Shown: piece by piece, positions 38,614-48,194 of the stretch
Layout: each line of letters opens with the position of its first letter
Numbering within the stretch: position 1 is the first letter of the stretch
Source: Opitutia bacterium
GTDB lineage: Bacteria > Verrucomicrobiota > Verrucomicrobiia > Opitutales > Opitutaceae
Assembly (NCBI GenBank): GCA_947461205.1
Contig: CANHJG010000001.1
Coordinates: forward strand, 14,126 to 78,125
DNA length: 64,000 nt
Direction: 5' to 3'
Position numbers and translations under genes: made by a program
Notes under the pieces: model-generated
Told to the model about the DNA's origin: nothing
Databases searched by the model: none
Seen by the model: the letters and a program-made list of their open reading frames with translations, nothing else

Positions 38614-40329
38614 TTAAAGGTTGCCCTTCTTCAGCTCGTTCACGGCCTGGTCGCAGGCGCGGGCCGTGAGCGCCATGTAGGTCAGCGACGGGTTCACGCA
38701 CGCCGCCGAGGTCATGCACGCGCCGTCGGTGACGAACACATTGGGCGCCGCATGGACCTGGTTCCACTGGTTCAGGACCGAGGTCTTCGGATCGCGGCCC
38801 ATGCGGGCTGTACCCATTTCGTGGATGCAATTGCCCGGCGCGCTGTTGACCACGTCGTCGAAGCCTGTGACGTTTTTCAACCCAGCCGCCTCCAACATCT
38901 CGACCGCCGAGGCCTTCATATCCTTGCGCATGGCGTATTCGTTTTCCTTCCAGCCGCAGTCAAAGGTCACCGTCGGCTGGCCCCATTTGTCGCGCAGCGC
39001 CGGATTCAGCGTGAGCCGGTTCGCGTGGTAGGGCAGGCACTCGCCCCACGCACCGATGCCAAAGCGCCACGGACCGGGCGCGATCAGGTCCGCCTTAAAC
39101 TTCGACCCGAAATGGCTCAGCTCCTTGATGCTGCTCGCCCAATCGAGCCGGCTCGCGCTGCCCTGGTAACCGAAGCCGCGGAGGTAGTCTTTCCGTGCCG
39201 TCTCCTTGTTCAGATTGCGGAAGCGCGGAATGTAGATGCCGTTCGCGCGCTGCCCGCGGAAATATTTGTCCGCAAACCCGTCGGAAATCCCGCTGGCGCC
39301 CACTTTGAAGTGATGGTCCATCAGGTTGTGGCCGAGTTCGCCGCTGTCGTTGCCCAGCCCGTTCGGAAACCGCTCCGACTTCGAGTTCAGCAGAATAAAC
39401 GTCGAGGCCACGGCCGAAGCGCAGGAAAAAATCACCTTCGCGTGGAATTCGATCACCTCGTTCGTCTCCGCATCGATGATCCGCACCCCGGTCGCGCGAC
39501 CCTTGTCTTTGTCGTAGATGATCTGATTGACGATCGAGAACGGCCGCAGCGTGAGATTTCCCGTCGCATATCCGGCCGGCAGCGTGGCGGCGTTGCTGCT
39601 GAAATACGCCCCGTAAGGACAGCCGCGGATGCACCGGTTGCGATACTGGCAGCTCGCGCGGCCGTTGAGCTCCTGCGTGAGATTCGCCACCCGGCCGATG
39701 ATCATCGGGCGACCACCGAAGGACTCCGCGATGCGCCGCTTCACGTCTTTCTCCAGACAGTTCATCTCCATCGGCGGCAAAAACTGACCGTCCGGGAGGT
39801 GCGGCAATTTTTCCAAGCTGCCGCTGATGCCCGCGAAACGCTCCGCATAGTCATACCACGGCGCGAGGTCGGCGTAGCGGATCGGCCAATCGACGGCGAC
39901 GCCCTCCTTCGCGTTCGCCTCGAAATCGAGATCGCTGAACCGGTAGGACTGGCGCCCCCACAGTAGCGAGCGCCCGCCGACATGATAACCGCGCATCCAG
40001 TCAAAACGCTGGGTCTCCGAGTAGGGATTTTCGAGGTCGTTGACGAACCAGTGGGCGGACGCCGGATGCGTTGTGTAGCCCGTGCGGGCTTGCTTTTCCT
40101 GTTTGGCCAGTTCCGCCGCCGGCAACCGGGTGCGCCCGGCAAACTCCCAACTCTCGGTCGTCGCCGTCGGATAGTCGCCGTGCTTCACATCGCGACCACG
40201 TTCCAACACGAGGGTCTTCAGGCCTTTTTCGCTCAGCTCCTTCGCGGCCCAGCCACCGCTAATCCCCGAGCCGATCACGATCGCGTCGTAGGTGTTTTGT
40301 TTCGTGCCTGCGCCTTGAATGTTCGCCAT
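38614..40329 (-). CDS. GMC family FAD-dependent oxidoreductase (large subunit)
   Basis: The ATG at 40329 gives MANIQGAG. The FAD motif YDAIVIGSGISGGWAAKEL is present. 571 aa with no signal peptide of its own. Confidence 0.9.
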   Translation of the reverse strand: MANIQGAGTKQNTYDAIVIGSGISGGWAAKELSEKGLKTLVLERGRDVKHGDYPTATTESWEFAGRTRLPAAELAKQEKQARTGYTTHPASAHWFVNDLENPYSETQRFDWMRGYHVGGRSLLWGRQSYRFSDLDFEANAKEGVAVDWPIRYADLAPWYDYAERFAGISGSLEKLPHLPDGQFLPPMEMNCLEKDVKRRIAESFGGRPMIIGRVANLTQELNGRASCQYRNRCIRGCPYGAYFSSNAATLPAGYATGNLTLRPFSIVNQIIYDKDKGRATGVRIIDAETNEVIEFHAKVIFSCASAVASTFILLNSKSERFPNGLGNDSGELGHNLMDHHFKVGASGISDGFADKYFRGQRANGIYIPRFRNLNKETARKDYLRGFGYQGSASRLDWASSIKELSHFGSKFKADLIAPGPWRFGIGAWGECLPYHANRLTLNPALRDKWGQPTVTFDCGWKENEYAMRKDMKASAVEMLEAAGLKNVTGFDDVVNSAPGNCIHEMGTARMGRDPKTSVLNQWNQVHAAPNVFVTDGACMTSAACVNPSLTYMALTARACDQAVNELKKGNL

Positions 40330-40428
40330 GGGGAAATGAAATCTGCGGTGGGTAGATCCGACGGGTGGGGAAAACGGGAAGACGCCGAGGGTTGAATACC
40401 GCGTTTCGCCACGTGGCAACCCGAACGT

Positions 40429-41244
40429 TCACCGCGCCGCCATCAGCGCATTGAGGTCGCGATACGCCATCGCGCCGTCGGTGAGCGGCTCCGACGTCCC
40501 GCTCCGTAGAAATTCCGCCACGAGCGCCGCGGTCCGGCCGAACATCACTTCCGGAATGCCCGAACCCGCGCTGAGCCGCCGCGCCCCCAGCGCCGCCACC
40601 TCTGCCGCCGCCGGCAGTCCGGCCCGCGCCATCACGTTGAGCGGGAGCGTCACCGCCGCCGCGATCAGGCGGATCTCCGCCGCGTCCACCAAACCCGGCA
40701 CAAAGATCCCGCTTGCACCCGCCCCGCGGTAGCGCTCCGCCCGCGCGAGCGTTTCCGCGACCCGCACCTCGGGCGCGAACGTGGTGCGCAGGTAGGTGTC
40801 GGTGCGGGCGTTCACAAACACGTCCACGCCGAGCCGCTCGCCCACCCTCCGGGCCTCCTCAATTTTCCGGCAATGGAGCTCCGGACTTCCGCCCGCGTCT
40901 TCCAGATTGATACCCACCGCGCCGGCGCCGATCACGCGGGCCACATTCTCCCCGACCACCCCGCTATCCTCCGCGAAGCCGCCCTCCATATCCACGGAAA
41001 GCGGCACCCGGATCACGCGGGCGATCTCCGTCACCGTCGCCACCAGGACGTCGACCGGCAGATGCCCATCGTCGGCGTAACCGTGCGACCATGCGACGCC
41101 CGCGCTCGTCGTGGCCACGGCCTTCGCGCCGAGGCTCTCGACCAGCCGTGCCCCGCCGGCGTCGCTCACATTCGGCAGGAGCAACAAACCCGCGGCATGG
41201 AGCCGATGGAACAGCGCGGCGTGGACCGGATGGAGCGACGACAT
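40429..41244 (-). CDS. isocitrate lyase/PEP mutase superfamily protein (2-methylisocitrate lyase-like)
   Basis: The ATG at 41244 gives MSSLHPVH. LPNVSDAGGARL..SLGAKAVATTSAG..., SVDMEGGF and INLED are present. The upstream part of the 609-aa track ORF is an artefact. Confidence 0.8.
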   Translation of the reverse strand: MSSLHPVHAALFHRLHAAGLLLLPNVSDAGGARLVESLGAKAVATTSAGVAWSHGYADDGHLPVDVLVATVTEIARVIRVPLSVDMEGGFAEDSGVVGENVARVIGAGAVGINLEDAGGSPELHCRKIEEARRVGERLGVDVFVNARTDTYLRTTFAPEVRVAETLARAERYRGAGASGIFVPGLVDAAEIRLIAAAVTLPLNVMARAGLPAAAEVAALGARRLSAGSGIPEVMFGRTAALVAEFLRSGTSEPLTDGAMAYRDLNALMAAR

Positions 41245-41273
41245 AGCGTTGAATTGAAACCGCCGCAGCCGAC

Positions 41274-42980
41274 TCAGGTTCCCCGCACCCGCAGCCGGGC
41301 CGTAAAGCTCCACTGCCCCTTCATGTTTTGGATTTTCAGCAGGAATTGATTCTTCCCCTTCGTCAGCCGCAGCGGCACCACCTCGTCGTCCAGCCGGCTC
41401 GAGCGTTGCACCCATTGGTCCACGATGATCTCCCCGTTGAGCCAAAGCTTCATGCCGTCGTCGCTGCCGATGCCGAGCCACGCGTCGGTATCGTTGGCCA
41501 CCTCGATCTCGGTCCACGCATAGCCGATACAGTAGTCGAGGTCGCCGTTGCCCGCCCCGTCCATGAAATCTACGAGTCCGTCCTCGGCGTTGAGTTTCTT
41601 CCAGACGAGTTTGGTGCCGTCGATCGTGAGTTTTTCGCCGGCGGTCGGCCGCACCGTCCCGGGTCCGCCCGTCTCGGCAAACCAGTCGCTGTTGAACGAA
41701 TTCACCTGCGAGGCCTTGGAGATGGTCTTGCCCGAAACCGCGGTCACCGCCTGCATCATGAGCGTGCCGTCGACGCCGACACTGGCCACTTTGGAGAACG
41801 ACTGCTCCGGCACGCGGATCGCTTTCAACCCGAGCCAGCTCTTGAACGGCAGTTCGACCCGCGCCTCGCCGTTGATCCACGCCGCGTCGGCCGCGAGCTG
41901 CCGGTCGGCCGGACCCACTTGGAACGAATAGTGAAAGGTCCCGGGCACCGGGGCGCCGTTTTCGATGGCCGGCACGAACAACGCCATCTTTTTGATCGCC
42001 TCGCTCATCGCGGGGACCACGGCTGCGGGCATTTCCGACCCGGGCAGCAGCTCGACGGAGGCCACCTTGCCGTCGGACCCGACGGCGATCTTCGCCTCGA
42101 TCCGCGCAATGCCGTTTTGCCGCAGACCCTCCACGCGAAACAGGTCGGCCAACAGCACCGGCTCCGAGCGACGTGTCGCAAACTCCCCCGGCCGCACCGC
42201 GCCGAGATAGTGCGCGCGGTCGCGCGCCGTGCGCGGGTTGGCCGGGTTGAGCTGCCACAGCAGGTTGCTCACGCCGTCCACGAAGTGCATGAGGTCGACG
42301 ATTTCGTTGGCCGGTCCGCCGAAGAGCGGCACGCCCTCGCGCGTCATCACCATCATCACAAACCCGCCGCCGGGCACGAAGCGCGACAGCAGCTTCATCT
42401 CCGACTGTTTCTTCGGATCGACCACACTCCAGCTCCGGCTCGACGGCAGCGACGTGACTTTAAAGCCGGAGTCCCACGTGCTCATGACCACCGCAGCCAC
42501 GCGCCCCGGATACACGCGTTGGATGCGGTTCAGAAACGGCGTCAAATTGTCGAACAGGTGCCACGCACCTCCGCTTTGCCGCGACCGAAAAAGCACGATC
42601 AACAATTCCGGCTCAGGCAGCTGGGTGAGGTCCACCGGCTTCAGGGCCCCGCCCTCCACCCGCATCAGCCGCCCGACAAACTCACTCGAGGCTTTTCCCT
42701 GCGCTTCGCTCCATTTCGCGGCCCGCGGCGGCCGTCCTTCCACCGCCTGGAAAAACCGCACGCAATCCTCCGGCGGCAGTACCCGCATCGGCATGAACTT
42801 ACTCGTCGTCCCACCGGTGCGAAACAGCACCAGCGGCCCCAGCGCTTCCACCGGTTCACCCCGAAACGTTTTTCCGCTGGCGTCCTTCCACTCCGGCACG
42901 GGCGCGTCCGCCGCGGTCGCTCGGCCGAGCGCCAGGCACGCGACTATGACGATCCACATAAAGGGGGAGAAATGAGGCAT
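41274..42980 (-). CDS. secreted multidomain hypothetical protein (SHD1-like N-terminus, TonB-C-like segment, PA14-like C-terminus)
   Basis: 568 aa with a signal peptide. WKDASGKTFRGEPV..LVLFRTGG....MPMRVLPPED looks like an SLA1-homology-type repeat. The C-terminal part (GSDDGMKLWLNGEIIVDQW) is PA14-like. Domain calls are tentative. Confidence 0.65.
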   Translation of the reverse strand: MPHFSPFMWIVIVACLALGRATAADAPVPEWKDASGKTFRGEPVEALGPLVLFRTGGTTSKFMPMRVLPPEDCVRFFQAVEGRPPRAAKWSEAQGKASSEFVGRLMRVEGGALKPVDLTQLPEPELLIVLFRSRQSGGAWHLFDNLTPFLNRIQRVYPGRVAAVVMSTWDSGFKVTSLPSSRSWSVVDPKKQSEMKLLSRFVPGGGFVMMVMTREGVPLFGGPANEIVDLMHFVDGVSNLLWQLNPANPRTARDRAHYLGAVRPGEFATRRSEPVLLADLFRVEGLRQNGIARIEAKIAVGSDGKVASVELLPGSEMPAAVVPAMSEAIKKMALFVPAIENGAPVPGTFHYSFQVGPADRQLAADAAWINGEARVELPFKSWLGLKAIRVPEQSFSKVASVGVDGTLMMQAVTAVSGKTISKASQVNSFNSDWFAETGGPGTVRPTAGEKLTIDGTKLVWKKLNAEDGLVDFMDGAGNGDLDYCIGYAWTEIEVANDTDAWLGIGSDDGMKLWLNGEIIVDQWVQRSSRLDDEVVPLRLTKGKNQFLLKIQNMKGQWSFTARLRVRGT

Positions 42981-43116
42981 CGGGCAGGAGAAACCTCACG
43001 GAGGAAACACCGCCCCACCCGCGGGGCGCGAGGAGTTTTTCATCGCATCGCTTGCCCCGCAAGGTAGCCGCGGTCTGCGCTTCCCAAACCGCCGGCGCGG
43101 TGCCATCACTCTCGCC

Positions 43117-44118
43117 ATGACGTCACCCCACCCGCTGTCTCGTCGCGAATTCCTCCTTTCCGCTTCCGCCGCACTTGTCACGGCGCGGCTCGGCGCCGCC
43201 ACCGACCGCGCCGCGCCCGCCGCGGTCGCCGAGCCGATCATCGATATTCACCAGCACACCAATTACGGCGGACTCCGCGACGCGGCCTATCGCCAGATCG
43301 GCCCCGCGCGCACCCACGCCCAGCTCCGCGCCCACCAGCTCAGCATGGGCGTCACCACCACAATCCTCCTCCCCGCCGGCCGCGAGCTCTTCGGCTCTTC
43401 CACGATCAAAGGTCGCGCCAACGGCCTCGAGGGCACGGTCTCCGCCAACGAGGACAATCTCGCTCTCGCCCGCGCCTACCCGCACGAATTCGCCTTCGGG
43501 GCCAACGAGGTACCCGACCTCCCCGACGCGCCCGCCGTCATCGAAAAATACCTCAAGCTCGGCGCGATCCTCATCGGTGAACAAAAATTCGGCGTCGAGT
43601 GCGATTCGGCCGCAATGCAAAAACTCTACCAGCTCGCCGAGGCCTACCGCGTCCCGATCCTCATGCACTGGCAGGTCGGCAGCTATAACCAGGGCTTCGA
43701 CCGCTTCCACACGATGCTGAAGAAATATCCCAACGTGAATTTCATCGGCCACGCGCAAACGTGGTGGGCCAATATCGACGCCAAGTGCGACAACGATCCG
43801 CGCCGTCTCTACCCCACCACCAAGGTCACGCCCGGCGGCCTCACCGATCGCTATCTCAGCGACTACCCCAACATGTTCGGCGACCTCTCCGCCGGGTCCG
43901 GCGAAGGTGCCTTCAAACGCGATCCCGATCACGCGCGCGCCTTCCTCGCGCGCCACCAGGATAAGCTCCTCTACGGCAGCGATTGCAACGATGCCACGGG
44001 CGAACTCGCCGTCTGCTCCGGCGCCCGCCAAATCGCCCAGGTCCGGAAGTTCTGTCCGGATAAAACCGCCGAGCGAAAAATGCTCTACGCCAACGCCAAA
44101 AAGCTGTTCCGGCTCTAA
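43117..44118 (+). CDS. Tat-exported amidohydrolase-family metal hydrolase
   Basis: A twin-arginine signal (SRREFLLSASAAL), IIDIHQHT and a C-terminal ..LLYGSD.. are typical of the amidohydrolase_2 TIM barrel. Confidence 0.8.
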   Translation: MTSPHPLSRREFLLSASAALVTARLGAATDRAAPAAVAEPIIDIHQHTNYGGLRDAAYRQIGPARTHAQLRAHQLSMGVTTTILLPAGRELFGSSTIKGRANGLEGTVSANEDNLALARAYPHEFAFGANEVPDLPDAPAVIEKYLKLGAILIGEQKFGVECDSAAMQKLYQLAEAYRVPILMHWQVGSYNQGFDRFHTMLKKYPNVNFIGHAQTWWANIDAKCDNDPRRLYPTTKVTPGGLTDRYLSDYPNMFGDLSAGSGEGAFKRDPDHARAFLARHQDKLLYGSDCNDATGELAVCSGARQIAQVRKFCPDKTAERKMLYANAKKLFRL

Positions 44119-44157
44119 GCGCAATCCGGCCAATTCCCCGCGGCACAGCGGCGCGCA

Positions 44158-45099
44158 CTACCGGTCGCGGTTCCGCGGGTGAAACTTAGCGTGCTGATCG
44201 AGCAGCCGTTGCGGCTCCACCGCCGTGTAGATCTGCGTCGTGGAAATACTCGCGTGGCCGAGCATTTCCTGGATCGCGCGGAGATCGGCTCCACCCGTCA
44301 GAAGGTGGGTCGCGAACGAATGGCGCAGGCCGTGCGGCTTCACGTTCTGGGTGAGGCCCGCCCGCAGCGCATGTTTCTTCACCAGCTTCCACAGCATCAC
44401 CCGCGAGAGGGCCGTCCCACGGCTGTTGAGAAAAAACTGGCTGCCCGTCTTCGGTTTCACGAGGTGCGGCCGGCCGGCGACGAGATAGGTCGCAAGCGCG
44501 TCGAGCGCTTTTCCGCCGACCGGCACGATACGCTCCTTCGCGCCTTTCCCGAAGACTCGGATAAACCCATTTTCCAGGTCAACCTGCTGCAGCATCAGCG
44601 CCGCGAGCTCGGACACGCGCAGTCCGCTCGAATAAAACAGCTCCAGTAGCGACCGGTCGCGCAAGGCCCGAGGGTCGCCCCCCGTGGGCGCGGCGAGTAG
44701 CCGCGCGACCTCGTCGGTGGACAACGTACCCGGAATCTTTCGCACGATCTTCGGCCCGGACAGCCACGCGGTGAAATCGTCGTCCCGAATTTTTTCCCGC
44801 ACGAGGAAGCGCGCAAGCATCCGAAGGGCGGTAAGCTTGCGCGCCAGGCTGGCGGTCCGGTAGCGCTCGCCGTCGAGCGAGTGCACCCACTCGCCGGCCT
44901 GCGCGGCGGTCAGCCCGTGCCAGTCGGTCGCGCCGCGTCCGGCCAGAAACGCCGCAGCCTGGTCGAGATCACGCCGGTAGGCCACGACGGTGTTCGCCGA
45001 CAAATTACGCTCCAGTTCAATGTAGTTGAGAAACTGATCGATCCCGTCCGCAAATCCTCCCGGGGCTTGGCTGAGAACGGAACGCTTCACGACAAACAA
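44158..45099 (-). CDS. tyrosine recombinase, XerC/XerD family
   Basis: An N-terminal SAM-like domain (FLNYIELERNLSANTVVAYRRDL) and the catalytic region (GLRVSEL, GKGAKERIVP, HGLRHSFATHLL, LGHASISTTQIYT) are present. The TTG at 45099 lies inside the infA terminator T-tract, so the GTG at 45090 is a likelier start. Confidence 0.85.
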   Translation of the reverse strand: MFVVKRSVLSQAPGGFADGIDQFLNYIELERNLSANTVVAYRRDLDQAAAFLAGRGATDWHGLTAAQAGEWVHSLDGERYRTASLARKLTALRMLARFLVREKIRDDDFTAWLSGPKIVRKIPGTLSTDEVARLLAAPTGGDPRALRDRSLLELFYSSGLRVSELAALMLQQVDLENGFIRVFGKGAKERIVPVGGKALDALATYLVAGRPHLVKPKTGSQFFLNSRGTALSRVMLWKLVKKHALRAGLTQNVKPHGLRHSFATHLLTGGADLRAIQEMLGHASISTTQIYTAVEPQRLLDQHAKFHPRNRDR

Positions 45100-45124
45100 A
45101 AAGACGCCGCGAGCGGGCGGCGTC
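45091..45124 (-). terminator. intrinsic terminator downstream of infA
   Basis: Minus strand: GACGCCGC-loop-GCGGCGTC (45103-45124), followed by TTTTTGTTTG. Confidence 0.7.
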
Positions 45125-45148
45125 GATTTTCAAATGGGCGGCGACCGC

Positions 45149-45412
45149 TCAATATTTGCGGCGGCGCGGCGGCGGGACGTAGTTCGAATTCGTCTCCTTC
45201 ATCCGGAAAGTAATGCGCGCTTTCTCCAGATCGTAAGGGCTCATCTCCATTTTAACCATGTCGCCGGCGGCGATCTTGATGAAATTCTTCCGCAGCTTCC
45301 CGGAAATATGCGCGAGCACCACGTGCTCGTTCGCCAGTTGCACCTTGAACATCGTGCCCGGGAGCACGGCAATCACGCGGCCTTCCACTTCAATCGAATT
45401 GCTGTCAGCCAT
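45149..45412 (-). CDS. infA: translation initiation factor IF-1 with a 15-aa C-terminal tail
   Basis: [55 protein letters not shown] matches IF-1. An extra [16 protein letters not shown] follows. Confidence 0.95.
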   Translation of the reverse strand: MADSNSIEVEGRVIAVLPGTMFKVQLANEHVVLAHISGKLRKNFIKIAAGDMVKMEMSPYDLEKARITFRMKETNSNYVPPPRRRKY

Positions 45413-45539
45413 GGTTAACGGAGGGTTGGTGCGCGGCGCGAAACATCATAAGTGCGGTCTTCAGAAGCACCTTGTAAGGCAGATTTTCGGCGCCTTAGTC
45501 AAGGCTTCCCTCCGATCCACGCCTCCCGCGACCGCCGCC

Positions 45540-46064
45540 ATGTCCGATTTGCCCGTCCTTCCGCCCGCCTGCCCATTCGAAAAACGCTTCCCGTCGCAGC
45601 TCCTCCGCGACGACGCCTTCTTCATGAGCCTCGCCTACAATCAGGCGATCGACGCATGGCGCCAGGACGAAGTACCGATCGGCGCGATCATCGAAATCGG
45701 CGGCGAAATCGTCGGCTCGGCCCATAATACCGTCGAAGGCGCCAAAGACCCGACCGCCCACGCCGAAATGCTCGCGCTCACCCAGGCCGCCGCGAAACTC
45801 GGCGACTGGCGGCTCTCCGGGGCGACCGTTTACGTGACCAAGGAGCCCTGCCCCATGTGCTCCGGCGCCCTGCTGATGTCGCGCGTCAAACGCGTCTGCT
45901 ACGCCGTCCCCGACCCCAAAATGGGCTGCCTCGGCGGCGCCACCAACCTCAACGACCTCCCGCGCGTCAACCACCACCTCGAACTCACCGCCGGCGGCGT
46001 GCTGGAGGCCGAGTGCCGCGAACTCCTCCAGGCGTTTTTCAAGCTCAAACGCGCGGCCGACTAG
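45540..46064 (+). CDS. tadA: tRNA adenosine(34) deaminase
   Basis: The ATG at 45540 is used. The CDA zinc motifs HAEMLAL and PCPMCSGAL are present. 174 aa. Confidence 0.9.
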   Translation: MSDLPVLPPACPFEKRFPSQLLRDDAFFMSLAYNQAIDAWRQDEVPIGAIIEIGGEIVGSAHNTVEGAKDPTAHAEMLALTQAAAKLGDWRLSGATVYVTKEPCPMCSGALLMSRVKRVCYAVPDPKMGCLGGATNLNDLPRVNHHLELTAGGVLEAECRELLQAFFKLKRAAD

Positions 46065-46177
46065 GGTGGACACCCACCGGCCAAGTCGCAGCGGAAAGTT
46101 GACGCGTGGGCCGGGCAATGCATTCGTTGCGGGCCGCATCCGCGCTTTTGTTCAACCCGAAAACACAAACCACTCCC

Positions 46178-46810
46178 ATGTCCTTCGAACTGCCCAAACT
46201 GCCTTACGCCTACGACGCCCTCGCTCCGTACATCGACGCCAAGACGATGGAAATCCATCACGGCAAGCACCACCAGGCCTACATCACCAACGCCAACAAT
46301 CTCCTGAAGGACCACGCCGCTCTCGCTGCATTGGACGTCAACACCCTCATCGCCGACCTCTCCAAGGTGCCCGAGACCATCCGCGCCGGCGTGCGCAACA
46401 ATGCCGGCGGCCACAGCAACCACTCGTTTTTCTGGACCGTCATGGCGCCGCATAACCAGGACGCCCCGTCCGGCGCCCTCGCCACCGCCATCGACGCCCA
46501 GCTCGGCGGTTTCACTAAATTCAAGGAAGACTTCGCCAAGGCCGGCGCGACCCGCTTCGGCTCCGGCTGGGCGTGGCTCATCGTCACCGCCGACAAGAAA
46601 CTAGCCATCGGCTCGACCGCCAACCAGGACAGCCCGCTGATGGGCAAGGCCGTCGCCGGCATCGAGGGCAAACCGGTCCTCGCCCTCGACGTCTGGGAGC
46701 ACGCCTACTATCTCAACTACCAGAACCGTCGTCCCGACTACATCGCCGCCTTCTGGAATGTCGTCAATTGGAAGGGCGTCGAAGCCAACTACGCCGCCGC
46801 CCTCGCCTGA
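46178..46810 (+). CDS. Fe/Mn superoxide dismutase
   Basis: The ATG at 46178 is used. [26 protein letters not shown] and DVWEHAYYL are present. Metal specificity is not assigned. Confidence 0.95.
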   Translation: MSFELPKLPYAYDALAPYIDAKTMEIHHGKHHQAYITNANNLLKDHAALAALDVNTLIADLSKVPETIRAGVRNNAGGHSNHSFFWTVMAPHNQDAPSGALATAIDAQLGGFTKFKEDFAKAGATRFGSGWAWLIVTADKKLAIGSTANQDSPLMGKAVAGIEGKPVLALDVWEHAYYLNYQNRRPDYIAAFWNVVNWKGVEANYAAALA

Positions 46811-46830
46811 GGTCCGCGAAATTTTCGCCC

Positions 46831-46865
46831 AAAAAGCCGCACCGTTTTCGGTGCGGCTTTTTTTT
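46831..46865. terminator. bidirectional intrinsic terminator between convergent sod and tolB
   Basis: A5-AGCCGCACCG-TTTT-CGGTGCGGCT-T7. A 10-bp perfect stem is flanked by A- and T-runs. Confidence 0.85.
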
Positions 46866-46892
46866 CGCCCGCCGGCCGCCGCCGCCACCGGG

Positions 46893-48086
46893 TCACTGCG
46901 CGAGCACGCTCGCCTGCGCCACCGGACCGAGATTCGTCGCCGAGATGCGTTTGCTCTGGCCGGTCTCGGTGTCGAGGATACACAGCACGCTGGAGGCGCG
47001 GTCGCGCGCCGTGTAAACGAGGTGGCGTCCGTCCGGCAGCCAGCTTGGCTCCACTCCGTCAAAATCCGCCTTCGAAGCGACCTCCGCCTTGCCCTTCGCA
47101 AAATCGTAGACTGCGATCTGGTATTGGCTGCCCGCCTTCACCGTGCAGGCGATCTTGCCCGGGTTCGTGCGGCTCCAGTCGGGCTCGGCGGCATACGTGA
47201 ACCCGGTGGTGAGACGCTGCGGCGTGCCGCCGCCCGCCGACATCACGTGCAACTGGGGGTTCGTGCCGAGCGACATGGCGAACACGAGCCTCGTCCCGTC
47301 GGGCGACCAGCAGGGCGACGATTTCACCGCGTCCGAACGCGTCTTGCGCGACACCTGCCGGCCCTGCGCCGTGGCCAGATAAATTTCCGAATTGCCCTCG
47401 CCGCTTAGCACCATCGCGACCTGCTGGCCGTTCGGACTGAACCGGGCGCCCAGATTCGTGCCGCGGAAATCGGCAAACTTGTCGTGCCGGCCCGTGGCCA
47501 CATCCAGGAGAAAGATGTCGGCGGAGCCCGATTTGAAGAAACTCGTGTAGATGATCTTCGCCCCATCCGGCGACCAGCGCGGCATCAGCGCGAGCGCCTT
47601 GTCGTGCGTGATCTGCTTGGCCTCACCGAAAAACAGATCGGCCACGCACACTTCCTTCACCTTCCCCTGATCGCGGATGAACGCGAGCTTCGCCGTGAAA
47701 AAACCCTTCAGCCCGAGGCCGTTGGTCTTCACAACGGCGACGTCCGCCGCCCGCAGCAAAGCATTGCGCTGGCTCGTGCCGGTCACGGTTTCCGACGCCA
47801 CCGCGGTGCCCATCGCGCCTTTGGTGATGTCCACGCGCACCTGCGTGGGGCCCACCGCGGTAAACTTCGCCTCGTACTCCTGCCCGCTGCCGACCAGCCG
47901 GTAGCGCCCGTGCGCCCCAAAGGCCTGCAGCGCGAGACTGTTCAGTTCGGCCGTGTTGGCCGAGACCCGCAGGGCCACCTTGGTCTTGTCGACGCCGATG
48001 ACCACGTCGCCCAGACTGGTGCGCTGCGCGGGAAGCGGCGCGGCCGCGAAAGCGAGGAGCAGGAGGAATCGCGAAAGGGTTTTCAT
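46893..48086 (-). CDS. tolB: TolB-like periplasmic beta-propeller protein
   Basis: The ATG at 48086 gives a signal peptide (MKTLSRFLLLLAFAAAPLPAQ). Repeated WSPDG/FSPNG propeller blades follow. 397 aa. The 725-aa track ORF is an upstream artefact. Confidence 0.75.
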   Translation of the reverse strand: MKTLSRFLLLLAFAAAPLPAQRTSLGDVVIGVDKTKVALRVSANTAELNSLALQAFGAHGRYRLVGSGQEYEAKFTAVGPTQVRVDITKGAMGTAVASETVTGTSQRNALLRAADVAVVKTNGLGLKGFFTAKLAFIRDQGKVKEVCVADLFFGEAKQITHDKALALMPRWSPDGAKIIYTSFFKSGSADIFLLDVATGRHDKFADFRGTNLGARFSPNGQQVAMVLSGEGNSEIYLATAQGRQVSRKTRSDAVKSSPCWSPDGTRLVFAMSLGTNPQLHVMSAGGGTPQRLTTGFTYAAEPDWSRTNPGKIACTVKAGSQYQIAVYDFAKGKAEVASKADFDGVEPSWLPDGRHLVYTARDRASSVLCILDTETGQSKRISATNLGPVAQASVLAQ

Positions 48087-48194
48087 GGAGAAAAAAGGCG
48101 CGCAAATGATTCGGCACCCACCTGCATTTCTATTTGCGCAGCACCGCCGCTTAACAACTCTTATTTGTTCACAATCTCGAACATTCCCATCTCC

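Noticed and set aside
40429-42258. 609-aa ORF, and similarly the over-extended track ORFs 46893..49070, 47484..49286, 17685..19553, 18318..19682, 12171..13346 and 49999..51639.
   Set aside because: In each, only the 3' portion shows family similarity and begins at an internal ATG/GTG. The upstream extensions overlap neighbouring genes or read through intergenic DNA, so I trimmed the coordinates.
44158-45099. Tyrosine recombinase as the integrase of a genomic island.
   Set aside because: The sequence has the XerC/XerD housekeeping pattern. The flanks are an amidohydrolase gene and infA/tadA/sod. There is no adjacent tRNA, direct repeats or phage/conjugation genes.
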